This document shows positions 10,203 to 18,300 of a DNA stretch of 39,017 nucleotides, piece after piece. The DNA is taken from contig CABMCB010000051.1 in the NCBI GenBank assembly GCA_902384455.1, positions 1-39,017 of the forward strand. The letters run 5' to 3'. Under the pieces are notes generated by a model, which saw nothing but the letters and a program-made list of their open reading frames with translations, had not been told where the DNA came from and ran no database searches. A program made the position numbers and the translations under genes. Every line of letters begins with the position of its first letter. Position 1 is the first letter of the stretch. Source of the stretch: an uncultured archaeon. GTDB taxonomy: Archaea > Altiarchaeota > Altiarchaeia > IMC4 > SCGC-AAA252-I15.

Positions 10203-10955
10203 TCAGAACACTGAAAGTAATCTTCTCCACAGGCTGCTGCGGGGCGGGTCGTAGGGTATGCTGAGGAGTTTTGCCGCCAGACTCTGGTATTGTACCGTGG
10301 CCGGCGAATAGGGGTTGTATCTTACGACTGGCGTTGAGCTGAATATGCTTTTCCTTATGTTGTCGTCTTCGGGTATGGAGGCGATTATGGGCGTCTCACA
10401 CATTATCTCGATTTCGTCGGGGGTAAGTTCGTACGCGTCGTTTTTGACGCGGTTGACCACAAGACCCACAATCTTTTTGTTGATCTCCTTGGCGTACTTG
10501 ATTGTCTTGGCGGCGTCAGTTACGGCGGGAACGTCGGGCGTTAGAACGACAAGAAGCTGGTTTGTGGCGTTGATTATGTGTTTGGTGTCCTCGTCTATGC
10601 CGGCCGGAGCGTCAATCACTACGGTGCCTTCAAGTTGGCGGACTACGTGCTTTAGGTTCTCAAGGTTAGCGTCCCTTTGGTTGAAAGATATCAAAGAAGG
10701 AACAATCCTGAGGCCTGAGTGGTGTACTCGTATGGTGTGCCGGATGTCTATTCCGTCGTTTAGGACGTGCTGAAGTGCGATTGGTACGTGCGGTAAATCA
10801 AGATGTAGAAGAACGTTGGGGTTTTTGAGGTTGGCGTCAACGAGGGTGACTTCCTCCCTGAAGTCATGTAGTGCAGTGGAGAAGTTAATTGCAGTCGTTG
10901 TTTTCCCTACGCCGCCTTTCCCTGAGACGACCCCTATTACATTGGGACTAGACAC
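10203..10955 (-). CDS. minD: MinD-family ATPase, second paralog
   Basis: SGKGGVGKTT, VVIDAPAG, GLVVNRV, IPEDDNIRKS and an amphipathic C-terminus SLWRRLLSVF. GTG start. Confidence 0.92.
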   Translation of the reverse strand: MSSPNVIGVVSGKGGVGKTTTAINFSTALHDFREEVTLVDANLKNPNVLLHLDLPHVPIALQHVLNDGIDIRHTIRVHHSGLRIVPSLISFNQRDANLENLKHVVRQLEGTVVIDAPAGIDEDTKHIINATNQLLVVLTPDVPAVTDAAKTIKYAKEINKKIVGLVVNRVKNDAYELTPDEIEIMCETPIIASIPEDDNIRKSIFSSTPVVRYNPYSPATVQYQSLAAKLLSIPYDPPRSSLWRRLLSVF

Positions 10956-11073
10956 TTCGAGACCCCTTAATCTCCCCCACTAATTTTAAGACCCCCTCCA
11001 CCCCCATATACCACTATTATGGCCGGCGTACCGACGTGTTAATGTATGTGCGTTGGCCTATATATTCCTATAC

Positions 11074-11118
11074 CGATATAGTGATATATAGAATTATATT
11101 CGTAATTTGTATTTAAAA
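11074..11118 (-). promoter_or_regulatory. Putative TATA box and operator for the minD operon
   Basis: Minus-strand TTTTAAATA at 11110-11118. The 16-mer CGATATAGTGATATAT at 11074-11089 is identical to 13930-13945 and lies where the transcription start would be expected. Confidence 0.55.
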
Positions 11119-11191
11119 AGGGCACTTAAAAACCGCATTACCTACCTAAACGGGCCTTGCCCTCAATTATGCCTGTAGCCGTCTGAAAAAA

Positions 11192-12022
11192 TCACTTCTT
11201 CTTGACTGAACGAGACTCAGCAGCCCGCCTCTTCCTACCCTTCATTAAAACAAGAACAAAAAGGGCAAGAACAACGATAATTCCGGCCTCAACATAAATA
11301 AAAACGTCCTCATCAGACAAACCCTCAGGCTTAAGCTCATAAACAAAAGAGGCCTGATGAAGCCCGTCCAACGAGGCCGCAACTATGGTTATGTTTCTGC
11401 CCACCCATTTTACCGGCGTATAGTTCAATGCGACTTCTACGGGCTGGTCTGCCGTAAGATTGGTTTCGTAGGGCTCAAAAATCCATCCGGTAGGGTAATC
11501 GATGGCGGTGATGGCGGTCGGACCCCACGTATAATTGGGGTTAAGTTGAAGCAGGACTTCATCCCTCGTATTTTCCGCCTGGACTTTTAGGCCGGCCTGT
11601 TTTATCGGTTGGGGTTTTGTTGCGTTTAGGACGGTGAAGTTGAATTCCGGCCCTTCTATCGCGATGTAGCATAATTGGACGTATGTTTGTGCGGTGTATT
11701 CTCCTTCGGCGTCTGGGTACCAGTACGCTGTGAAGTCGTCGTGTTCGCCTGTTTCGAGCGGGGATTGTTTGCTCCATATTTGGGCGACTGTTTTGTTGGA
11801 TGCGTTTTGGATTACTACTCTGTATCTGGTGAGGCAACCTACTGACCCGCTGTTTTCCCAATCCATCTTAAAGACCTGCGGTTGGTTTGTAAGGTTTGGT
11901 TGGGCTGTGGCGTAGTTCCTGAATCCGTCGATGATTCTGTCCACGTCCACCTTTATGGCTAAGGCGGATGCCCCAGAGGCCAATGTTAGCAAAATAATTA
12001 TGGTTAAGGCGGCGTTCTTCAT
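11192..12022 (-). CDS. Secreted Ig-like (DUF3324/CARDB-like) protein with C-terminal TM anchor
   Basis: Signal peptide ending ASA-LA, motifs WENSGSVGC...PLETGEHDDFTAYW...GEYTA, TM helix GIIVVLALFVLVLM and a basic tail. Confidence 0.75.
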   Translation of the reverse strand: MKNAALTIIILLTLASGASALAIKVDVDRIIDGFRNYATAQPNLTNQPQVFKMDWENSGSVGCLTRYRVVIQNASNKTVAQIWSKQSPLETGEHDDFTAYWYPDAEGEYTAQTYVQLCYIAIEGPEFNFTVLNATKPQPIKQAGLKVQAENTRDEVLLQLNPNYTWGPTAITAIDYPTGWIFEPYETNLTADQPVEVALNYTPVKWVGRNITIVAASLDGLHQASFVYELKPEGLSDEDVFIYVEAGIIVVLALFVLVLMKGRKRRAAESRSVKKK

Positions 12023-12024
12023 CT

Positions 12025-12564
12025 TTACATGTACGGTATGAACGGGCTCATGAAGAAGTACCGCGGTACCTTGATTATAACTTGGACTTCCCCCGAGTAT
12101 TCTCCTATCTCAGTGCCTGCCGCAACCAGCGTGACGATGTTTTTGGTGCCCGGCGCCAGATTGACGCTGTCGCTGGATGGATTTAGCTGGCTGCTTATGT
12201 TGCCTTTTACTCGTATGAAAATTTTTGCGTTGTTAGATTCGGGGCTTGTGATGTTCAGCGTCTTGGTGACGTTGAATCCTACGGGAACTATCCCAAAATT
12301 GAGGCTGGCGGTGTCTGTGGCGACACCTATGTTGAGTTTGCTGCTTCCTATGTCAGACGGCAAAACAGTGAAGTTAGCGGGGAACCTATAAACCTTCTCC
12401 TTGTACAACAAGCTCATGTCCTGATTCACGTCCTCTCCAACCAATCCGGAGTCAGGTACATCCACCCGCCTCAAATCCCAGACGGAATAACACGCCGCCA
12501 ATACGGCAACTGCAAAGAGCGCTATAACAGCAATCAATATGCCCAACTTAACATTCGAAACCAT
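12025..12564 (-). CDS. N-terminally anchored single Ig-like domain protein; possible minor or anchor subunit
   Basis: N-terminal hydrophobic helix followed by SLNFGIVPVG...LNITS...NLAPGTKNIV...GEYSGEVQV, a beta-sandwich pattern. Confidence 0.7.
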   Translation of the reverse strand: MVSNVKLGILIAVIALFAVAVLAACYSVWDLRRVDVPDSGLVGEDVNQDMSLLYKEKVYRFPANFTVLPSDIGSSKLNIGVATDTASLNFGIVPVGFNVTKTLNITSPESNNAKIFIRVKGNISSQLNPSSDSVNLAPGTKNIVTLVAAGTEIGEYSGEVQVIIKVPRYFFMSPFIPYM

Positions 12565-12583
12565 TTTAACCCCCTTGAAACGT

Positions 12584-13705
12584 CTAAGTCTTCCAGTAGA
12601 CGACTATTAGTATGACGATTAGTTCTATTAAAATCCATCTCACCGGTATGTCGTTTGGGCAGACAAAAAGCCCCACAACAGTGAACAAACCGCATATTAT
12701 GAAAGCAAGAAGTGCGGTATACGCAAGCTGCAACGCTCCGACAGCATACACTATCAGGAACAACCCAATCAGCACGAGCAGAATCCACCACGGGAAATAA
12801 CACCCTTGAGCTGTGGGACGTATTCTGGGCGCAGAAATAATCTTTGGAACGTTAACCGTCTGTTCCCTATAAGCGTAATCCGTTATGTACTCAACCCGCG
12901 CAACAACGCGGTAAATTCCGGATTCGATATCCTTCTTGGTATCCACCCAGTAAGTGCTCAGTATAGCCACTTCACGGGGTTTAACAATAGTGGGCCCGCT
13001 ATAAGTCGTAGACGCCAAGTTGTCCAGGTTGTTGAATATCTCCGCTTGGTCCGCCCAAGGGATTAAAGTGCAAGTGCCAGTGTTCTTGAAAACCATGTCA
13101 ATGCGCACCTTATCCTGAGCTTCTCGTTCCGCCTGAATGTCGGTTATCTCCCCTTTTCTGTACCCGTTTCCAGGAACCCTGAAAACGTACATGAATCTGG
13201 TGACACCTATAGTCTGCACGCCTATGCCTTGGCCAGGTATTTCCTGCGGTATGAGGTTCACGGAGCCTGCGTAGTAGCATGGTTCTGCGTCATCAGGCAC
13301 CTTTATCTCAAGCTCTGCCTTCGCGTTCGCCTTCACCACCGAACCGTCGGCTAGGTGCAGTATAAAAGAGTTCTTAGGCGATACTATAACAGGGTCTCTG
13401 CGGATAGTCAGCCAGTTTCCAGGATCAAGTTGGCTTGCCTCAGACGGGGTGAAGTTATAGGCGCCGACCGTTGCATTCTGCCTGAAAAAGCCTTCGTGGA
13501 CCTTTATGGGCGATAATCCCACTATGACATCGTGGTCCGCGGTGGTTATCAAATAAAACTCAAATTCCTTCGATTGCCCCCTCTCTATTTCCCCCAAATC
13601 AAGGACTCCGGGGGCCGTGCCTATTGAGTATGCCGTGGCGTTGGTGGTTAGTGCGATGAAAGCTGCGGCAAGGAGTATTGTGGCAAGCAGGCGTTTTTTG
13701 GGCAT
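12584..13705 (-). CDS. DUF916/DUF3324-like (WxL-interacting/chaperone-like) two-Ig-domain membrane protein
   Basis: Signal peptide. Domain 1 reads IGTAPGVLDL...NWLTI...IKVPDDAEPCYYAGSV...FRVPG. Domain 2 reads FKNTGTCTLIP...IVKPRE...W...GIYRVVARVEY. About three C-terminal TM helices. Confidence 0.7.
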   Translation of the reverse strand: MPKKRLLATILLAAAFIALTTNATAYSIGTAPGVLDLGEIERGQSKEFEFYLITTADHDVIVGLSPIKVHEGFFRQNATVGAYNFTPSEASQLDPGNWLTIRRDPVIVSPKNSFILHLADGSVVKANAKAELEIKVPDDAEPCYYAGSVNLIPQEIPGQGIGVQTIGVTRFMYVFRVPGNGYRKGEITDIQAEREAQDKVRIDMVFKNTGTCTLIPWADQAEIFNNLDNLASTTYSGPTIVKPREVAILSTYWVDTKKDIESGIYRVVARVEYITDYAYREQTVNVPKIISAPRIRPTAQGCYFPWWILLVLIGLFLIVYAVGALQLAYTALLAFIICGLFTVVGLFVCPNDIPVRWILIELIVILIVVYWKT

Positions 13706-13735
13706 TTCTCTCTCCTTTATGTTATGTTTTGGTGT

Positions 13736-14050
13736 TATTTAAGTTGTGTTTTTTCGGGTGTTTTGTTTTAATCTGGTTTTTTGTTGTTATACTGCTGGTT
13801 GTGTGTGGTAGAAAGAGGCCGTACTATCGATTGATATATTAATATATCGATATATCGGTGATAAATCGCAATGCTGCGGGCATTAAAATTGGTCGTTTAA
13901 TCGGGGGTGCAGCAGAACAATTTATATCTCGATATAGTGATATATCTATATCTCGATAAAAAACGAAAGGTATTTAAGCAACTTCGTTTAATGAAATTAA
14001 CGTATCTCACTATATCACTATCACACTATCGTGATATGAGAATATAGTGG
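13736..14050. promoter_or_regulatory. Divergent promoter region with repeated GATATAGTGA/GATAT-based operator-like motifs
   Basis: Minus-strand CTTAAATA at 13736-13743. Plus-strand BRE-TATA-like CGAAAGG-TATTTAAG at 13964-13978. Palindromes GATATATTAATATATC (13833-13848) and CGATATATCG (13848-13857). The 16-mer sits at 13930-13945, with an inverted partial copy TCACTATATCACTA at 14007-14020. Confidence 0.65.
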
Positions 14051-14127
14051 CCTAAAAACGACTAAGAAATAGTCCGTTGATACGGTAAGGGTAGCGCTTC
14101 GGGTCTCGTGGGTTAGGAAGGTCAAAA

Positions 14128-15090
14128 ATGAAAAAAACCGGAGCGAACTGGGCAATAATCCCAGCCTTATTGACTATATTGATATTTACGACACTTGTGG
14201 CCGCTGACGTCACAAAAACTGACACCGTATCTATCAGCGTTCAAGTTGCAGAAAAAACGCTGATCGACGTCAGCCCAACATCCCTGTCCTGGACTGGCGG
14301 AGACGCCGTAGACCCCGGCGCGCGAGGCACAGAAAAAGCAATACAGATAGAAAACATCGGTTCAACAAACATAACCGCAATATGGTTCAACACTACTTCT
14401 GAAACAACACGCCCGTTCGGAACAGGTAACCCGACAGCATATGATGCCGGCAACTTCGTAAGAATCCGCCGCAACGCATCCAACCAGATGGGTTACCACT
14501 TCGTCAACCGCAGGGAATTCAACGAAACCTTACTCATATACTTAACAACAGCCGCCGGCATAACAACCCACGGCAGATTCCGCGAAGCAAACACAGAATG
14601 GTTCTGGGGACTGGACCCCGGCGCGGACGGACTGTGCAACAACACTGGAACCACATTCTACATAGGGGAGACACCCCACAACCAGTCACAGGACGGCTCA
14701 GTCACACTAAACGCTTGCGGCGACACCCTCGGCTCAGGATTCACAGCCAACAACTGCCGAAGCGGAAACATGGAAGCAGTAGACACCACTGACGTGCGAT
14801 GGTCCTGGGCCGACGTAATAGTCGGAGACGCAGCAGCCAACTCATGGAACTACTCGGTGGCTGCGTTTTCCGACTGCACCCAGGTGTACTTCTACAAATG
14901 GAACATGGATATGCCTGGCGCGACAGTTGCAGCCAACGACTACGCCGACTACCTAACGCAAACCTGGTTATACCCAGGCGGCAACATCATAGTCGACGTG
15001 AGAGTCAGCGTGCCTTATGGTACTGCTCAAGGTACTGTTACCCAAGGAACCCTGACTGTCGTAGCATTGGCCGCAGGAGCAAGCCTGTAA
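14128..15090 (+). CDS. Secreted putative filament subunit A (TasA/WxL/donor-strand pilin-like pattern)
   Basis: Sec signal peptide, N-terminal alternating beta-strand TDTVSISVQV, IDVSPTSLSW...VDPG...IQIENIGSTNI, and C-terminal LYPGG...VRVSVPYGTAQG...GTLTVVA. No TM anchor. The CDS call is firm; the function is inferred. Confidence 0.75.
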   Translation: MKKTGANWAIIPALLTILIFTTLVAADVTKTDTVSISVQVAEKTLIDVSPTSLSWTGGDAVDPGARGTEKAIQIENIGSTNITAIWFNTTSETTRPFGTGNPTAYDAGNFVRIRRNASNQMGYHFVNRREFNETLLIYLTTAAGITTHGRFREANTEWFWGLDPGADGLCNNTGTTFYIGETPHNQSQDGSVTLNACGDTLGSGFTANNCRSGNMEAVDTTDVRWSWADVIVGDAAANSWNYSVAAFSDCTQVYFYKWNMDMPGATVAANDYADYLTQTWLYPGGNIIVDVRVSVPYGTAQGTVTQGTLTVVALAAGASL

Positions 15091-15167
15091 GCGATAAACA
15101 AAAAATCAATCAAAAAAAGGAGACAATAAACTTAAAAAGGAGGACCAAAAAAACAGAGGACAAAAAA

Positions 15168-16178
15168 ATGGAACAAAGAACAATTGTGACGGCGCTGCTT
15201 TTGTGCGGGATTTTATTCCTGATAAATCCCGCTGAAAGTCAAGCTCTGCAGGTTAACTCAACAGACTCGAGCACCGTGTCGGTGAGTATAAGCTCAGTCA
15301 CCAACGTGAACATTGACCCCAACGCGCTGTCTTACAGCGGCTGCACACCAGGCGCCGACTGCGTGAACACAAGCGAATCAAGCAAATTCTTCGCCATGCA
15401 GATTGAGAACATAGGGTCACACAACATAACCCACGCATGGTTCAACGTATCCCAGCCAACCGCTAGGCCGTTCGGTACAGGACTTGCCACCTCGTTCGAC
15501 GCAGGCAACTTCGTTGTCCTACAAAACGAATCCGGCGACTACACGGCTCCCGCCGGCGGGTCACTCGACTTCCTCTGGGTCGACGCCCTAGAATATAACG
15601 AAACAAGAAACCTTGTCTACCTGACAGACCCAGACGGCGTAATACCCCCCAGACTAGACCGATACATGATAGGCCGCTTCCACAACGCCAGCTACGAATA
15701 CTACTGGATGCTTCAGAACGGCACAGGCGGTCTCTGCAATACATCGGACACCAAACTCTACATCGGCATAACACCCCACACCAAGACCCTGCAGGGAAGC
15801 ATCGACTTCTCTGTCGCAGGCAACCGCCAGCTAGTGACACTGACCACAGACGGAGGCCAAGGATGGGCTGTTGGAGCAATAGCCGGAACAGGCGGCGCTA
15901 ACACCCGGTTAGGGCCTTACTGTGTTGCAGCAAATAGCGCATGCAGCAAGGTTCGCATATACCGCTGGAACATGGAAGCTCCCGGAGCAACCAACGCAGC
16001 GTGCACGCAAGCCCTCTACTTCGTGGGTGCGACGACGGACACTCAATCCCGTTACACAACAGCGCCGTTCCTGCCTGGAACAAGCAGAGTAGTGAACATA
16101 CGAATCCGCGTACCATTCGGAGTATATGAAGGTAGCGTGACTCAAGGGACGCTGACGGTAATCGTCAACGACGCGTAA
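15168..16178 (+). CDS. Secreted putative filament subunit B, paralog of 14128-15090
   Basis: The true start is probably ATG15168 (MEQRTIVTALLLCGILFLINPAESQA), preceded by GAGGA. It shares QIENIGSxNIT, RPFGTG, DAGNFV, GRF, GLCN, YIGxTPH, WNMxxPGAT and VTQGTLTV with subunit A. Confidence 0.78.
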   Translation: MEQRTIVTALLLCGILFLINPAESQALQVNSTDSSTVSVSISSVTNVNIDPNALSYSGCTPGADCVNTSESSKFFAMQIENIGSHNITHAWFNVSQPTARPFGTGLATSFDAGNFVVLQNESGDYTAPAGGSLDFLWVDALEYNETRNLVYLTDPDGVIPPRLDRYMIGRFHNASYEYYWMLQNGTGGLCNTSDTKLYIGITPHTKTLQGSIDFSVAGNRQLVTLTTDGGQGWAVGAIAGTGGANTRLGPYCVAANSACSKVRIYRWNMEAPGATNAACTQALYFVGATTDTQSRYTTAPFLPGTSRVVNIRIRVPFGVYEGSVTQGTLTVIVNDA

Positions 16179-16200
16179 ATCTAACCACGAGACCCCCACA

Positions 16201-16235
16201 GACTAGGGCCGGTTCCGAAAGGGCCGGCCCTAGTC
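16201..16235 (+). terminator. Strong GC-rich stem-loop directly after the two subunit genes (terminator or 3' stabiliser)
   Basis: GACTAGGGCCGG and CCGGCCCTAGTC form a perfect 12-bp stem, extended by a short inner stem closing a GAAA loop. No long U-tract follows. Confidence 0.7.
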
Positions 16236-16289
16236 CCCCCATTATCTTGAGGAATTTAAACTAAGGTTAGAGAAAAAAAGGAGAAAAAA

Positions 16290-16526
16290 ATGAAGACCGA
16301 ATCCCAGTATTCCAAATCAGATTTGTCTGAAGTGGACAAAGTGATTTTGGATGGTTTAAAGGCGTCGGCAAACCCTAAATCAACGTACGTCATCGCCAAG
16401 GAAAGCAAAATTTCGTGGTCAACTGCCAACAGTCATTGCTATAAGCTTAAGTCGATGGGCATCATCAAGAGCGCAGTCGGTAAGTCTAAAGCGGGGTCCG
16501 GAAAGAAGATGATGTGGTGGCTTTAA
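16290..16526 (+). CDS. Small winged helix-turn-helix DNA-binding protein
   Basis: STYVIAKESKISWSTANSHCYKLKSMGII fits an HTH pattern. An AGGAG RBS precedes it, and TTTAAA lies at 16255-16260. Confidence 0.75.
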   Translation: MKTESQYSKSDLSEVDKVILDGLKASANPKSTYVIAKESKISWSTANSHCYKLKSMGIIKSAVGKSKAGSGKKMMWWL

Positions 16527-16580
16527 CGCCGCCGCATTGCATCCTTCGGCGGTGCGTTCCGCATTTAGGGGTGGACTGAT

Positions 16581-17570
16581 GTGGACCCAACGGACTTGAC
16601 CCGCCGGATAAACTCTTGCAATGAGAAGCTTGAGGTTTTTCGCCAGGAAATACATAAGATAGTTATAGGTCAGGATGATATTATCGACACCCTGATTAAG
16701 GGTTTGTTGTGTAACGGTCATATTCTTCTTGAGGGTGTTCCTGGTGTCGCCAAGACTTTGATTGTTGTGGCGATGGTTCAGACCGTGAAGGATGCGTCGC
16801 TTCAGCGTATTCAGTTTACTCCTGATCTTCTGCCGACTGACATTACGGGAGTAACTATTTACGAGGAGAAGAAGGGTTTTTACACCATTAAGGGGCCTGT
16901 TTTCACTAATTTCCTTGTTGCCGACGAAGTCAACAGGACTCCTCCTAAGGTGCAGTCTGCTCTTCTTCAGGCGATGCAGGAGCGTGAGGTGACCATTGGC
17001 CGGCAGACTTTGCCGTTGCCTAAGCCTTTTTTCGTGTTGGCTACTCAGAATCCTCTTGAGACTAAGGGTGTTTATCCTTTGCCTGAAGCTCAGGTGGACA
17101 GGTTTCTGTTTAAAATCAGCATAGGTTATGTCCCCAAGAAGGATGAGATCCGGATCATAGACCAGAACGTAGACATCAAAGGCATTTCCGAGTATGAAAT
17201 AAACCGTGTTTTAGGCGTCAACGAAATTCTGGAGTACCAGGGTTTAGTCAAGCAGATATACCTCGCCGACGAAGTGAAGCGGTATATCGTCAGTCTTGTT
17301 AATGCTACGAGGAGGCCGAAGGATTTTGACGTGAAGTTGGGGAAGTATGTGCGTTGGGGGGCGTCGCCTCGGGCTACGATTAACCTGTCTCTTGGGGCGA
17401 GAGCCACTGCGCTTTTGAACGGTCGTACTTATACGACGCCTGAGGATGTTAGGGCGGTTGCGCCTGCTATTTTGCGGCATAGGATTATTCTTAACTATGA
17501 GGGTAAGGCTACTGAAGTTAAGACTGATGATGTGATTAAGGAGATCATAAGTAAGGTGCCGGTGAGGTAA
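16581..17570 (+). CDS. moxR: MoxR-family AAA+ ATPase (paralog 1)
   Basis: GHILLEGVPGVAKT, RIQFTPDLLPTD, DEVNRTPPKVQSALL, ATQNP, LPEAQVDRF, GASPRA, LRHRI. Confidence 0.95.
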   Translation: MDPTDLTRRINSCNEKLEVFRQEIHKIVIGQDDIIDTLIKGLLCNGHILLEGVPGVAKTLIVVAMVQTVKDASLQRIQFTPDLLPTDITGVTIYEEKKGFYTIKGPVFTNFLVADEVNRTPPKVQSALLQAMQEREVTIGRQTLPLPKPFFVLATQNPLETKGVYPLPEAQVDRFLFKISIGYVPKKDEIRIIDQNVDIKGISEYEINRVLGVNEILEYQGLVKQIYLADEVKRYIVSLVNATRRPKDFDVKLGKYVRWGASPRATINLSLGARATALLNGRTYTTPEDVRAVAPAILRHRIILNYEGKATEVKTDDVIKEIISKVPVR

Positions 17571-17571
17571 A

Positions 17572-18294
17572 ATGGAAAAGGAAAAGAAGATTGAGCGTGT
17601 GCCGTCTGGTATTCGCGGATTTGACGAGTTGATGGAAGGTGGTTTCCCTCAAGGGGATACTGTGCTTTTGACTGGTACGCCGGGTACTGCCAAGTCTACT
17701 TTTGCGTTGCAGTACATTGTGCAGGGCGCTTTGAAGTATAAGCAGAAGGGCGTTTACATCACTTTGGAGGAGCACGACAAGGATCGGTTGGCGGCTAGGG
17801 CTTTGCGTTTTGGCTGGGATTTGCCTGCTCTTGAGGAGGCTGAGAAGATTCTTATTTTTACTCCTGAGTTGCAGCCGGAGTTGGGTGAGGACAGTTTGGA
17901 GTGGCTGGAAAAAAGCGGCGCAGGAAAGTTAATCAAGGAGTTTGATCCGCAGCGTATTGCTGTGGACAGTCTGACTGTGCTTTTGGCTTACGCTAAGGAT
18001 TACGGCGGCGAGCGCCGCATAGTGGAGAACTTGGTGAACAGTTTCCGTTTCAACGCCACTACGATGTTCATCAATGAGCGTAAAATAAGCGACTTAGACA
18101 AGATCGACTTTCAGACGGAGGAGTTCGTTTCAGACGGCATAATATACCTGCAGTTCATCCGTCACGGCAACCTTTACCGTCGGGGAATAAACATAGTCAA
18201 AATGAGAGGCACGAACCACGACACGGGCGTGTATCCTTTCCGCATTGAGGAAGGCGGCGGAATAATAGTTCACCCCTCAGAAAAACTGTTTTAA
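17572..18294 (+). CDS. Single-domain KaiC/RAD55-like RecA-fold ATPase
   Basis: RVPSGIRGFDELMEGG, Walker A variant GTPGTAKST, ITLEE, VDSL, EEFVSDG, VKMRGTNH. Confidence 0.92.
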   Translation: MEKEKKIERVPSGIRGFDELMEGGFPQGDTVLLTGTPGTAKSTFALQYIVQGALKYKQKGVYITLEEHDKDRLAARALRFGWDLPALEEAEKILIFTPELQPELGEDSLEWLEKSGAGKLIKEFDPQRIAVDSLTVLLAYAKDYGGERRIVENLVNSFRFNATTMFINERKISDLDKIDFQTEEFVSDGIIYLQFIRHGNLYRRGINIVKMRGTNHDTGVYPFRIEEGGGIIVHPSEKLF

Positions 18295-18300
18295 ATTAAA

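Noticed and set aside
6843-10955. MinCDE division system or plasmid ParA partition cassette
   Set aside because: No MinC, MinE, ParB or replication gene is present in the window, and the context is surface-protein genes.
13820-14050. CRISPR array or replication-origin repeats
   Set aside because: The repeats are short, irregularly spaced and in mixed orientation, with no repeat-spacer periodicity. There is no cas or orc1/cdc6 gene nearby and no G-string ORB-like motif.
14799-15167. N-terminal extension of the 459-aa ORF
   Set aside because: It overlaps the upstream gene and an A-rich spacer. The signal peptide, RBS and paralog alignment all point to ATG15168.
14128-16178. Type IV pilins or archaellins
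   Set aside because: There is no [KR]G/A class III cleavage site followed by a retained hydrophobic helix, the leaders look like ordinary Sec peptides, and no assembly ATPase or platform gene is present.
16527-16554. Short hairpin CGCCGCCG...CGGCGGTG between the wHTH gene and moxR1
   Set aside because: It has only 8 bp with a wobble and a 12-nt loop, too weak to call as a terminator or RNA element.
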